This document shows positions 20,811-34,927 of a DNA stretch of 64,000 nucleotides, piece by piece. This DNA comes from an uncultured Gemmatimonadales bacterium (GTDB lineage Bacteria > Gemmatimonadota > Gemmatimonadetes > Gemmatimonadales > GWC2-71-9). The number at the start of each line of letters is the position of its first letter. Position 1 is the stretch's first letter. The DNA is taken from positions 32,001 to 96,000 of the forward strand of contig CAVUAK010000002.1 of the NCBI GenBank assembly GCA_963739455.1, given 5' to 3'. Under the pieces are notes generated by a model. The model saw only the letters and a list, made by a program, of their open reading frames with translations, made no database searches and was not told the DNA's origin. Both the position numbers and the translations under genes were made by a program.

Positions 20811-21793
20811 ACCGCCCCCGCGCGCATGAGGTCGTGCAGGTGCACCACGCCCACGATCACGTCCTCGTCCAGCACCGGGAGCGCCATGATGCCCTTCCGC
20901 TCCATGAAGCCAAGCGCGGCAGCGCCCAGGTCATCCGGACCACAACTGTGCGGCGAGTCCGTCATGACCTCTTCCACCGGCTGGTCGAAGTAGTCCTGGT
21001 CCTTCCCGGCGAGGCGCGTCAGGTCGCCGGCAGTGAAGACGCCCAGCAGGTGGTTGTCTCGGCTTACGAGCGCGATACCACGATGCCGGGCAAGCTCGAT
21101 GATGACCTCGCGCATGGGTGCCTCGGGGGCCACCAGTCCCTGCGGCGGCAACATCACGTCGCTCACGCGAACCAGGAGCCGTCGGCCCAGGCGGCCACCC
21201 GGATGCAGTTCCGCGAAATCCTCCGGCCGGAACCCCTTCTCCATGAGCAGCGCCACCGCCAGCGCATCACCGAGGGCCAGCGCCACCGTGGTACTGGATG
21301 TCGGTGCCAGGTCGTGCGGGCACGCCTCCTCGCTGACGGACGCGTCCAGCACCGCGGTGGCCACCTTGCCCAGGAACGAGCCCGGTGCGCCGGTGATCGC
21401 GATGATCGGCACGCCCTTCCGTTCCAGCGACGCGAGCAGGCCGTCGAGGTCGCTCGACTCGCCACTCTTGCTGAGCACGATGGCGACATCCTCGCTGCCC
21501 ACGATGCCGAGATCGCCGTGCAGGCTGTCCACCGGGTGCAGGTACGTGGCAGGAGTCCCGGTGGAGGTGAGTGTCGCGGCCAGCTTGCGCGCGATGAGCC
21601 CCGACTTGCCTACTCCCGACACGATGACCCGACCGCCGCGTGCTGCGAGCAGTTCCACGGCGCGGGCAAATCGCGCGTCGAGGCGACGTGCCGCCGCCGC
21701 CACCTCCGCCGCCTCGAGCTCGAGGACACGGCGGCCGGCGGCCAGCAGGGCATCAGGTGGCGTCGCCACCGCGCTCACGGTAGTACCCGGCAA
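20807..21793 (-). CDS. kdsD: Arabinose-5-phosphate isomerase (KpsF/GutQ)
   Basis: GVGKSG, HGDLG, EACPHDLAPTSST, HPGGRLG, CBS pair; start may be GTG 21778. Confidence 0.93.
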   Translation of the reverse strand: MPGTTVSAVATPPDALLAAGRRVLELEAAEVAAAARRLDARFARAVELLAARGGRVIVSGVGKSGLIARKLAATLTSTGTPATYLHPVDSLHGDLGIVGSEDVAIVLSKSGESSDLDGLLASLERKGVPIIAITGAPGSFLGKVATAVLDASVSEEACPHDLAPTSSTTVALALGDALAVALLMEKGFRPEDFAELHPGGRLGRRLLVRVSDVMLPPQGLVAPEAPMREVIIELARHRGIALVSRDNHLLGVFTAGDLTRLAGKDQDYFDQPVEEVMTDSPHSCGPDDLGAAALGFMERKGIMALPVLDEDVIVGVVHLHDLMRAGAV

Positions 21794-22309
21794 GAACGTG
21801 ATCCCATTCTCCTCGTGCCTTGAGCAATGCCTCGACCACTTCGCGTATCGCGCCGTGCCCGCCGCGCTGAGCGGTGACGAAACTGGCGATGGCCTTTACC
21901 TCGGGTACGCCGTTCATCACCGAGACCGGCATTCCCACCCGGCGCATCACCGGAACGTCGGCCAGGTCGTCGCCGACGTACAGCACCTCGCGCCAGTCGA
22001 CGCCCTTCTCTGCGAGGAGCGCCACCATCCGTGGCAGCTTGCGCGCGTTCGGGTCCTGGATGACGTCGGTAATTCCCAGCTCGCGTGCCCGGTGCGTGGT
22101 GGCGGCCGACTCGCGGCCGCTCAGGATCGCCACCGGGATCCTGGCAACGTGCAGGAGGTGGATGCCCACGCCGTCCTGCACATTGAAGCGCTTGAGCTCG
22201 ATCCGCTCACCCTGCGCCTCGCCGACGTACAGCTCGTTGTCGGTGAACACGCCGTCGACATCGAGCACCACGAGGCGAATACCGCGCGCCAGTACCGGGT
22301 CCATACCGC

Positions 22310-22313
<4 letters not shown>
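21753..22313 (-). CDS. kdsC: KDO-8-phosphate phosphatase (HAD)
   Basis: LDVDGVFTD, F.VQDG.GI, YVGDDLAD, GGHGAIREV. Confidence 0.92.
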
Positions 22314-25538
<3,225 letters not shown>

Positions 25539-25544
25539 CGACCC

Positions 25545-25573
25545 AACGTAAATAGATTCGGGTCTGTAGTCAA
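25545..25573 (-). promoter_or_regulatory. Putative sigma70 promoter for a probably leaderless kdsB-operon mRNA
   Basis: TTGACT-N17-TACGTT ending 6 nt before the kdsB ATG; no SD sequence. Confidence 0.55.
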
Positions 25574-25634
25574 AAGTCGTGCCGGACATCCGACACGACT
25601 CTTGACAAAGCCTATCCTGCTGAATTGCCGAAGG

Positions 25635-26252
25635 TTAGGCGGACGTTTCAACCGGCGCTGGCAACGGGTAGCCCGCCAGCCGAAGGAAGTTGCCGATAAG
25701 CGACCGGCCGTGCTGGGTACCGACTGATTCCGGGTGGAATTGCACCCCGTGTACCGGCCGTGTCCGGTGTCGCACCGCCATGATCTCCTGCCCCGCCGGA
25801 CGGTCGGAGGACCAGCCGCATACCTGGAGGTCGGGGGTTACGGTTGCCGGGGCAATGACCAGGGAGTGATAGCGCATCACGGTGAGGGGGGACGGCACCC
25901 CTGCGAACAGCTCGACCCCGTCGTGCACCACATCCGTGGTCTTGCCATGCATCAGCCGGTCCGCCCGGACCACCGTTGCCCCGAACGCCTCACCGATCGC
26001 TTGATGTCCCAGGCAGACCCCGAGGAGGGGCACCCCCGCTGCCGCGGCGGCCCGGACGAGCGGCACCGAAATGCCCGCTTCTGCAGGCGTGCAGGGTCCC
26101 GGCGAGATGATGATGGCCCGCGGCGTCAGACCGATGGCCTGCTCGACGCTGAGGGCATCGTTCCGGTATACCACCGGCGATACCCCCAGTTCACCGGCGT
26201 ACTGGACGATGTTGTAGGTGAAGCTGTCGTAGTTGTCGAGGATCAGGAGCAC
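25635..26252 (-). CDS. Glutamine amidotransferase, anthranilate/aminodeoxychorismate synthase component II (TrpG/PabA)
   Basis: LDNYDSFTYN, SPGPCTP, GVCLGHQ, HGKT, RYHSL, QFHPES. Confidence 0.93.
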   Translation of the reverse strand: MLLILDNYDSFTYNIVQYAGELGVSPVVYRNDALSVEQAIGLTPRAIIISPGPCTPAEAGISVPLVRAAAAAGVPLLGVCLGHQAIGEAFGATVVRADRLMHGKTTDVVHDGVELFAGVPSPLTVMRYHSLVIAPATVTPDLQVCGWSSDRPAGQEIMAVRHRTRPVHGVQFHPESVGTQHGRSLIGNFLRLAGYPLPAPVETSA

Positions 26253-26256
26253 GCGC

Positions 26257-27012
26257 TCAGTTCACCTTGACCCTGATCTTCGGCTTGGACGGATTGGGGT
26301 GCGGGTTCGGATTTGGGTGTGGCGTCCCCTGGGCTCCCGACCGGATGGAATCGGCCCGCACCTCTGCCATCGCGCGAATTGAGTCGGCGCGCGCCTCAGC
26401 AGCGTTGCGGAACGAGTCTGCTCGCTGTTCCGCTGCATTGCCCATCGACTCCGCCGCCTGCTGAATCGAGTCGGCCATCTTCTCGTACACGGCGCTGATC
26501 GAGTCGGCCGTCGCATCGTTGCTGCCGTGCATGTCGCCGTCGAAGTTCTTCAGCGCGTCGGCGCCCGAGAGCAGGACATAGCTGTTGCCGCGCTGGGTCT
26601 CGATGCTGCCGAGCGGGGCGAGGTTCTTTCCCGCCGTGTCCTTCGCGGTGGCGCAGTAGAACGTGGCGTTCGGGTTGATGTGCTTCACCTGGAAGTTCAT
26701 TCCATTGTCGCCCGCGACCAGGATGCACTGGCTCAATTGGTCGTCCCCGATGGAGTCAGCCAGCTTGACCCGGAAGTTGACCGCCTCGACCTGCTTGGGG
26801 CTGCTGCGCATGATCTGCAGCCGGCTCAGTGTGCCCAGGTCGCGCCCGTCCACCTTGAAGGGGATGAACGCCAGCGGAATGGTGATCGGCGCATCGCTCT
26901 CGGCGATACGCTCCACCCGGCGCTTGCCGCTCCGGGCCATGTAGAAGATCGATGTCCCGCCGATGAAGATGGCGAGGGCGCCCAGGATGATCTTCAGCCA
27001 GTATCTGCTCAT
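26257..27012 (-). CDS. Membrane-anchored hypothetical protein with ADS-repeat helical tail
   Basis: ATG 27012, N-terminal TM (YWLKIILGALAIFIGG), repeated (A)DSI/ADSF units about 11 aa apart, PHPNPNPHPNP linker. Confidence 0.7.
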   Translation of the reverse strand: MSRYWLKIILGALAIFIGGTSIFYMARSGKRRVERIAESDAPITIPLAFIPFKVDGRDLGTLSRLQIMRSSPKQVEAVNFRVKLADSIGDDQLSQCILVAGDNGMNFQVKHINPNATFYCATAKDTAGKNLAPLGSIETQRGNSYVLLSGADALKNFDGDMHGSNDATADSISAVYEKMADSIQQAAESMGNAAEQRADSFRNAAEARADSIRAMAEVRADSIRSGAQGTPHPNPNPHPNPSKPKIRVKVN

Positions 27013-27124
27013 TGTCCCACCCGTCTCAGGTCTCGATGTTGCATTCAGGGACGTTAAAGCCGTGCATAAGGTTTCACCAGCGACTGCATTGTAAGATAGG
27101 GCCTTACGACCACGGGAGGCATCG

Positions 27125-27844
27125 GTGCTGCAGGTAACCGGGCTGGTAAAGTCGTTTGGATCCCAGGTCGCGGTCGCGGGCCTGACTTTCAGCCTCGCCC
27201 CCGGCGAGGTGGTCGGCCTGGTCGGGGCCAACGGGGCCGGAAAGACTACCACCCTCCTGATGCTCGCTGGCGCCCTCCGGCCTGATGCGGGCGAGGTCAG
27301 GATCGTTGGTCATGATCTCGCTACCCAGCCCATCGAGGCCAAGCGGCTTCTCGGCTTCGTCCCCGATGAGCCCGAACTCTTCGAATATCTCACTGTCGAC
27401 GAACACCTCCGGTTCATGGCGCGATTGTACGGCGTCGCCGGGATCGACCGCCGGCTCCCTGCCCTGCTCGCTGAACTCGAGCTCGCCAACCGGCACCAGT
27501 CGCTCCCGGGCGAACTGTCCCGCGGCATGCGCCAGAAGCTGGCGCTCGGCTGTGCCTTCATTCACGACCCGAAGCTGCTCCTGCTCGACGAACCGCTCAC
27601 CGGCCTCGACCCCGTGGGTATCCGGCGAATGAAGGACGCGATCAGGAGCAAGGCGTCGGGCGGTGCCGCCGTCCTCCTGAGCTCGCACCAGCTCGATGTC
27701 GTCCGTGAGCTCTGCACCCGGGTCATCGTGCTCGGTCGCGGCAAGGTGGTCGCCGAGGGATCGCCGGCGGACATTGCCGCCCGCAGTGCGGAGCTGGGCT
27801 CAGGAACGCTCGAGGATGCAGTACTGAATCTCCTGGCTGAATGA
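27125..27844 (+). CDS. ABC transporter ATP-binding protein
   Basis: GANGAGKT, LSRGMRQK, LLDEPLTGLDP, SSH. Confidence 0.92.
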   Translation: MLQVTGLVKSFGSQVAVAGLTFSLAPGEVVGLVGANGAGKTTTLLMLAGALRPDAGEVRIVGHDLATQPIEAKRLLGFVPDEPELFEYLTVDEHLRFMARLYGVAGIDRRLPALLAELELANRHQSLPGELSRGMRQKLALGCAFIHDPKLLLLDEPLTGLDPVGIRRMKDAIRSKASGGAAVLLSSHQLDVVRELCTRVIVLGRGKVVAEGSPADIAARSAELGSGTLEDAVLNLLAE

Positions 27845-29454
27845 CATCGGCCATCGGCTACCTCCTCACCCGGTCGGCCTGGAACCGGGTGCGGCAGCTC
27901 GCATCCGAATTTCGTCGGCCGGGTCCGCGGATTGCGGCGGCCGCAGCGCTTGCCTATTTCGCGTTCCTCGCCTGGTTCAGCCCGAATGGCCGGCCCGCCA
28001 GCTCCGACACCCAGGTTGCCGCGGTCGTAGGTGCGCTCGGGTTGATGGTCCTTGCGGCGTCAGCATGGCTCCTGGGTACCGGCGGCAAGCTGGTTGAACT
28101 GAATGGTGCCGAACGGGCACTCCTCCTGCCGGCCCCGATCAGCGCCGGCCGGGTCATGGACGTGAAGCTCCTGCGCCTCCAGGTCACGACGCTGGGTAAC
28201 GCGCTGTTGTGGACGGTCCTCACAAATGGCGGGCAGGATTGGGCCACGATCGCCCGGCGCGCATTCGCCTTCTGGATCGTGCTTACCACACTCCAACTGC
28301 ATCGGATCGCCGCCGCGCGCGTCCGGTCGAACGCCGCGATCCATCCTGTCCTCCGCAGGATCGTTGGAGTGCTTGGCATTGGCCTGGTAGCGAGCGTTCC
28401 GCTGTTCCTCACCGGTGCGCTTCGCGATTCCGCGCCAGGCCTCACCGCCTTGCTCGCGGACCTCTCGGGCAACCCGATCGCTCGCGCCCTCCTCTCGCCC
28501 TTCATGCTGGTGCTGCGACCACTCACCGCGGCGAGCGGCGAGGTCTGGCTCGCGCGGTTGGGCCCTGCGCTCGCGATCCTGCTGCTGCACTACTTCTGGG
28601 TACGTCGAATCGGCCCGGAAATGGAGCGGGTGCCAGACCCGCTCACGTCACCAGGCGGTGCGCCGCTCTGGCCACTCGCAGCCAGCGGGTCTGCGGCGAC
28701 GGCATTCTTCTGGAAGCATGTCACGGCCCTGGTGCGACGCCCCACCGCAGTGGTCGCCGCGGTGGTGGGGGCAGGATTGATCCTGTTGCCGATGATGCTT
28801 CAATCCATTGGTCGCGACGACGCAAGCATCTTCTTCGGCTGGATGCTGCTGATGTGGGCGCTGCTGCTCCTGCTCCTGGGCCCGCAGTTCGTGCGCAACG
28901 ACCTCCGGCGCGATCAGGGAATGGTCGCGACACTGCGTGCGTTGCCGGTGCGAGGTTACGATATCATCCTCGGGGCAAGCGGTGCGGCGGCACTCACGCT
29001 CGCATCGGGCGTCGCGGTCCTGCTGCTGGCCGGGGCCGTTGCTACCACTGGCAGCGACCAGCCGCTGCTGCCCGCCCAGCATCGTGGGGCGTGGTTGCTC
29101 GCGGCGGCGCTGGTGATCGGTCCGGTGTCGTTCGCGGGGATCCTGCTCCAGAACGCTGCGGTCATCCTGCTGCCGACATGGTCACGAATGACTGCTCGCC
29201 GAGGCACAGCCACGTCCCTGGGAACGAACCTGGCGAACAGTGCGCTGACGATCCTGCTGCTCGGGCTGCTTGCGGTGTTGCCGGGGGCGCTGGCGCTCGG
29301 GTTGTGGCGAGTTGCCGGCGAACGAGCGTGGACGCCGGTCCTGTGTGCTGCAGTTATCGCAGTGGTGCTGGGGGCGGAGTGCTGGGCAATCGTGAGGTGG
29401 CTGGGTGTCCGGTTCGAGCTATTCGACCTCGCTACGGAAGCGAAGCACGCGTAG
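27841..29454 (+). CDS. Putative ABC exporter permease
   Basis: Polytopic membrane protein coupled (ATGA) to the ATPase; GPQFVRNDLRRD...LRALPV motif. Confidence 0.75.
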   Translation: MTSAIGYLLTRSAWNRVRQLASEFRRPGPRIAAAAALAYFAFLAWFSPNGRPASSDTQVAAVVGALGLMVLAASAWLLGTGGKLVELNGAERALLLPAPISAGRVMDVKLLRLQVTTLGNALLWTVLTNGGQDWATIARRAFAFWIVLTTLQLHRIAAARVRSNAAIHPVLRRIVGVLGIGLVASVPLFLTGALRDSAPGLTALLADLSGNPIARALLSPFMLVLRPLTAASGEVWLARLGPALAILLLHYFWVRRIGPEMERVPDPLTSPGGAPLWPLAASGSAATAFFWKHVTALVRRPTAVVAAVVGAGLILLPMMLQSIGRDDASIFFGWMLLMWALLLLLLGPQFVRNDLRRDQGMVATLRALPVRGYDIILGASGAAALTLASGVAVLLLAGAVATTGSDQPLLPAQHRGAWLLAAALVIGPVSFAGILLQNAAVILLPTWSRMTARRGTATSLGTNLANSALTILLLGLLAVLPGALALGLWRVAGERAWTPVLCAAVIAVVLGAECWAIVRWLGVRFELFDLATEAKHA

Positions 29455-32400
29455 CGCGAACACTGGTAGCACAACCAGGCTGAGCAGCGTTGACGTGAGG
29501 AGGCCGCCGAGGATCACCGTGGCCATCGGGCCCTCGATTTCCCTGCCGGGGTCACCGCTGCCGAGCGCCAGCGGCAGCAGGCCAATAGCGGTGACCAGCG
29601 CCGTCATGAGGATCGGGCCCAGGCGCTCCATGGCGCCACGAAGCGCGGTGCCAGCTCCCCACGGCGCACCCTCCACTTTCACCAGGTGATCATAGTGCGA
29701 CAGCAGCATCACTGCGTTGCGGGTCGCAATGCCGAAGAGCGTTACGAATCCAACCAGCGATCCCAGGGAAAGCACTCCACCCGTCGCAAAGACCGCGAGC
29801 ACACCACCCACCAGCGCAAACGGGAGGTTGAGCAGCACCAGCGACAGACGGTCCACCTCGCCGAAGGCGAGCGCCAGCAGCATTACGATTCCGAGCCCCG
29901 TCAGGAGCGCGTTGAGCAGCAATTCCCGCTGCGCGCTGCGCTGGGCTGCCGCCGTGCCGCCGAACTCGGCAAAGATGCCTGCCGGGAGGCGTACCGATGC
30001 CTGCGCCGCCGACTCCAGCTCTCGCGCGAAGCCGGCCACATCCCTGCCCTGCACGTTCGCCGTGACCGTCACCACCCGGCGCGTCCCCTGGTGCGACACC
30101 AGGTAGCGCCCCGTGGTCCGCTCGACATCGGCAACACTCTGCAGCGACACGACGCGCCCGTTCATGTTCGTGAGCGGAATGTGTCGCAGTTGCTCCGGGC
30201 TGCTGTCGCGCAGCGGAGTCGAGGATCACCACCACGTCCGTGGTGCGGCTGCCGTCGAACACCTGTGCCACCGTGGCACCGCGCGTCGCCGTCTCCACCG
30301 CCTCGAGCGCCTCGTCGGGGCGGAGGCCGTAGCTCGCCAGGTCGAACGGCCGGAGTCGCACCGTCACCTCCGGCGCCACCGGGGGCGGGTCGTACTGCAC
30401 ATCGGTGGCGCCGCGCACCCGGCCGATCGTCTCGGCCATGCGGCGCGCCGACAGGTCGAGGCTGTCGAGGTCGTCGCCAAAGAGCTTGACGACCACCTGC
30501 GCCGTCGAGCCCGTCAGCGTCTCCTCGATCCGCTCGGCCAGGAAGCCGCGGATCGCAAAGTTCACCCCCGGAATCCCCTCGAGCATCCGGCGGAGGTCAT
30601 CCTGCACCGTCTCGGCCGCCCGGCCCGTGAGCGGCACCAGGTCCACCTCGAACTCGGTGTAGTGCGTCCCCCAGGTGTCCTCCGACAGCTCGGCACGCCC
30701 CGCCCGCTGCGCCACCAGCCGCACCCGTGGGTCGGTGCAGCAGCCGGGCGGAGACCAGCTTGCCGAGGCGCACCGACTCATCGAGTGACGTGCCCGGCAC
30801 TGCCGACATGTGGATGAGGTAGTGGCCCTCCCGGAATTCCGGCAGGAAGGTGGCGCCGAAGAACGGCAGCGTCGCCACGGCGCCGACACAGAGCACCACC
30901 GTGGCACACGAATACCAGCACCGGTTCCTGGAAGAGGCTGGAGAGCAGCCGGGAATATCCGCGCTTGAGCTGCAGGAGCACGCGCGATTCATGATCGCGC
31001 GAGGCCCGGCCCGCCAGCAGCACCCGGGACAGTGCCGGGGTTACCGTCAGGGCCACGATGAGCGACGCAAGGGTCGCGAAGATGTATGCCAGCGCGAGCG
31101 GGCGGAACAGTGCCCCCTGCACTCCCGTGAGGGCCAGCACCGGCAGGAACACGAGCGCCACCACGAACGTCGCGTACACCACGCTGCCGCGCACCTCGAG
31201 CGACGCCTGAACCACCACGTCGCTGATGTCGGCGCCCGGCCGTGCGCGCCCAGCTGCCGCAGCCGTCGCGCGATGTTCTCGACGTCGATGATCGCGTCGT
31301 CCACCACTTCGCCCAGCGCGATCGCGAGCCCGCCCAGGGTCAGCGTGTTGATGGAGAAGCCGAGCACCTCGAGCAGGATGATCGCCGACAGGAGCGACAG
31401 CGGGATGGCCGTCAGGGAAATCGCCGCGGTCCGCATGTCGGCCAGGAAGAGCATCAGGATGACGGAGACGAGCAGCGCCCCCAGCAACAGCGACGTGGTG
31501 ATGTTGCGGAGCGCCAGGTCGATGAACGTCGCCGGCCGGAAGACATCGGCGTGCAGCGTGATGCCCTCCCGCTCGAGCGCCGGTGCCAGCGCGCGCAACG
31601 CCTCCTCTACCGCGCTTGCCACCACCTTCGTGTTGCCGCCAAGCTGCGCCGACACCACCGTGACGATGGCCGGCTCCCCGTTGATGGCCCCGTCGCCGAA
31701 CTTGGGGGCGCCCGCCACGACCACCCGGGCCACGTCGCTGATGCGGAGCACCGATCCGTCGCGCTCGCGCAGCGCCACCTGCCCGATCGCCTCGGGGGTA
31801 AGCGACTGCCCGTCTGACCGCACCACGATCCGCTGGTTGGGGCCGTCGATCACGCCCCCGCCCCGTACTCCGGTGGCGCGCCGTGCCGCATCACTCAGTT
31901 CGCGTGAGGCCCACACCGTACGCGCGGAGCCGCGCCGGATCCACCTGCACCTGAAGCTGGCGTACCTCGCCCCCGAACGAGGCGACCTTGGCGACGCCCG
32001 GCGTCGCCAGCAACCGCGGCCGGACCATCCAGTCCACCACAGTGCGCTGCTCCAGCAGCGAGCGGGTCTTCGAGGTGAATCCGATCACGAGCACCGTGCT
32101 CGATGAGGACGTGAGCGGGCTGATGACCGGAGGAGGCACCGAGCGCGGCAGGCGCGGCACCGCCTCCACCAGCCGTTCGGCGAGCGCCTGGCGCGCGCGG
32201 AAGATGTCGGTGCCCGGCGCCAGCACCGCGGTGATGATCGAGAGACCCTGAATCGACTGCGATCGCACGATCGCGATGCCCGCCACGCCGTTGATGACGT
32301 CCTCGATCGGCTTGGTGACAAGAATCTCGACCTGCTCCGGAGCGAAGCCCGGCGCTTCCGTCTGGATCGATACCTGTGGTGGGGCGAACTCGGGGAAGAC

Positions 32401-32511
32401 GTCGAGCGGTGCCACGATGAGGCGCGAGGTGCCGTACACCACCAGCACGATGGCGAGCCCGAGGATGATCCCCGGGTGACGAACAGAGAAGCGGACCAGG
32501 CCGGCAATCAT
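29419..32511 (-). CDS. RND efflux permease, CusA/CzcA (HME) type (several frameshifts)
   Basis: DVFPEFAPPQVSIQTEAPG, TLGGLAIALGEVVDDAIIDVENI, GAMERLGPILMTAL, GGLLTSTLL; about 3.1 kb in total. Confidence 0.9.
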
Positions 32512-32521
32512 CGGCGGTAAA

Positions 32522-33509
32522 TCACTCCGCGACCTCGTCGCCCACCTGTACCCGCGCCCTGAACTCCTCTGACAGCAATTGCTCCGCACCCACCGTCACG
32601 ATGCGATCGCCGGGTGCGATGCCCCCGCGCATCGCCCAACCCCCAGGCATCGGCGTCGTCGTGCGTACCCTGACGCGGCTGAACTGTCCCGGCGCGCGTT
32701 CCACATACGCCCAGAGCAGCCCCTCCCACTGCACCGCCGCCGCCGCCGGTACGCCCACCGCGCCGCCCTCGGCACGGCCCACCGGCACGGCGGCCGCCAC
32801 TGGCAGCCCCACCGCGAGCCCCGGCCACGAGTGCGGCGAGCCGGTAGTTGAATGCGGGACGCTGCGTCAGTGGATCGACGTCGAACGCGGGCCCAACCAG
32901 CTGTGCGGTGGAAGAGCGACCGCTCCGGTCGAGCGGCTGAACCGTGAGCCGCGCGGGAGGCGAGGCCGGCGCACCTTCGCTCCAGGCAATGCGCGCCAGC
33001 GGCTCCGTCAGGTCGCTGACTGCAAGCAGCACCTGGCCCGGCTGCACGATCTCACCTGGCCGCGCGCCGACCTGCGTCACCACGCCGGAACGCGGCAGCA
33101 CCAGCGCCTTGGCGTCAGCGACCTGTGCGATCGTGACACCCGCCACCACATGTGCCGCAAGCTCCGGCCATGAAACGCCCGGCGCCGCCTCCAGTCGACC
33201 CGCCACAGGCGCGCGGAGGAATGCAATCCGCGCCGAGTCGGGTACGATGACACCGTTCAATTGCATCGTCGGTGCTGCCGATACCGATCGCGCCGCTTCA
33301 GTCACCAGGCCGAGCTTGCTCGCTTCGGCGGGATCCAGCCTCACGACCACGCCGTCGTCACCCGTGGCGACGCGGCTCGGTGCGATGACCGGTTCGTCAC
33401 GCTGCACCTCGTTCTCTCGCTCCTCCCGTCCCTTGCCGTACGCAAAGACGAGCGCCCATGCGAGCAGGGCGAACAACGCGGCGCCGGCGAGCCAGCGGGT
33501 CGGCTTCAT
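32522..33509 (-). CDS. RND periplasmic adaptor (MFP) (frameshift near 32828)
   Basis: N-terminal anchor, lipoyl-like RAPVAG / G.V.PGQ.L, C-terminal GDRIVTVGAEQLLSEE; lies between TolC and the RND permease. Confidence 0.8.
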
Positions 33510-34927
33510 TGGACACTCTCCTGGACCACGAACGTTGCGGTCGGCAGCAGCAGCGGGTCGGGCAGTTCTGGCGCCTGGTCGACGGTCCACATCCCCGTGG
33601 CGCGCCCAAGCTCACTCCCGGTGACGACGCGGCGCAGTTGGGCCTCCTGCTGTGTGCTCTCCGCGTCAGCCACTGCCAGCGCGAGCCCCATGCTTTCGAA
33701 CTGGCCCGTCTCGCCTCGCTCATACGCCGCGCGGGCGGTACGCTCACGGACCTTGAGCGCCTCCACCAGCTGCCGTGAAGCGGCAAGCTGCTGTGCCGTC
33801 GCCCGGCACTCGGAGAATGCCGCCTCCACCTGGCTCAGCACCTCTTGCTGAGTCGCCTCGACCGCGCTCGCCATCTGGTTCCGGCGTGCGATGGCCTCGC
33901 CGATCGGGCCCTTGTTCTTGTTGCGCAGGAGGTTGGGCAGCGAAAAGGCCGCGATCCACCGGCGCAGGCCCTGGTCCCAGGAAAAGCCGGGCGCGAGTTC
34001 GAGGTCGGGATACTGCTTGGTGATTTCCACCTTGAGGTCCGCCTCCGCGACGGCGTACTCCGCCAGCGTCACACCCATCTCGTAGCGGCGGCGCAGTGCT
34101 ATGCCCCGCAGCTCCTCGAGACTCTGTCCCGCTGCCCAGTCACAGCCGACAGTTCCGGCAGTGCTGATCACCAGCGTGTCCACGGCGGCCGCCGGCACCC
34201 CGATCAGGCGCGCCAGCGACGCACGCGCCGCGATCACCTGCGCGTCGGCCGTTGACAGTTCCCGTCCCGCGAGCCTGCTCTCGGCGGTCGCCTGGTCCAC
34301 CGTTGCCTGACCAACCGCATCACTTTCGTAGAGGCGGCTCACCTGGCTGGTAACCTGGTCGCTCCGCGCCACGCGACGCTTCCACGCCGCAACGCTCGAG
34401 TCGCCCTGCACGATGGTGAGCGCCGCGGTCCGCACATCGCTGGCGATGTTCCACGCAACGACCCGCGCCTGAAGTTCGGCGACAAGCGAACGCGCCTGCG
34501 CCGCGGCAATCCGGGCGCCACGCTTTCCCCCCAGTTCGATCCGGAAGATCAGCCCAAGGGTCACCGTCCAGCGTGACTCGAACGGGCCCGGATTGTCTGC
34601 TGCGGACACGCCCCCGACGACGCCGACCGGTGTGCGGGCACCCGCCGTCACTTCCGCGGCCTGCACCGTGCGCCAGTTACGACGCGATACCTCAAGGTCA
34701 GACCTGAAGTACCAGGCAGTCAGGGCCAGCCGCTGGGAGTCCCAGTCGGTTGTCGCGCTGGAGTCGTACGTGGTGAGGAAAACGCCGAGGGCCGAGTCGG
34801 CAAGGGTGCGATGGCCAAACGCGGTCGCGCTCGTCTCTGGTGAAAGCGGCTGCGGCTTGTACTTGGCGCACCCCGCACCGAGCAGGGCAACCAGGGTCGC
34901 CATGCGCAGGCCACGGGTGAGCATCAT
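33506..34927 (-). CDS. TolC-family outer membrane efflux lipoprotein
   Basis: Lipobox GAG-C, QYPDLELAPGFSWDQG, SLP...NKGPI.EA; ATG overlaps the xerD stop. Confidence 0.88.
   Translation of the reverse strand: MMLTRGLRMATLVALLGAGCAKYKPQPLSPETSATAFGHRTLADSALGVFLTTYDSSATTDWDSQRLALTAWYFRSDLEVSRRNWRTVQAAEVTAGARTPVGVVGGVSAADNPGPFESRWTVTLGLIFRIELGGKRGARIAAAQARSLVAELQARVVAWNIASDVRTAALTIVQGDSSVAAWKRRVARSDQVTSQVSRLYESDAVGQATVDQATAESRLAGRELSTADAQVIAARASLARLIGVPAAAVDTLVISTAGTVGCDWAAGQSLEELRGIALRRRYEMGVTLAEYAVAEADLKVEITKQYPDLELAPGFSWDQGLRRWIAAFSLPNLLRNKNKGPIGEAIARRNQMASAVEATQQEVLSQVEAAFSECRATAQQLAASRQLVEALKVRERTARAAYERGETGQFESMGLALAVADAESTQQEAQLRRVVTGSELGRATGMWTVDQAPELPDPLLLPTATFVVQESVQ

Noticed and set aside
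26285..26325. Hexamer-periodic DNA repeat
   Set aside because: Explained by the encoded Pro-His/Asn linker (PHPNPNPHPNP) with variable wobble positions.
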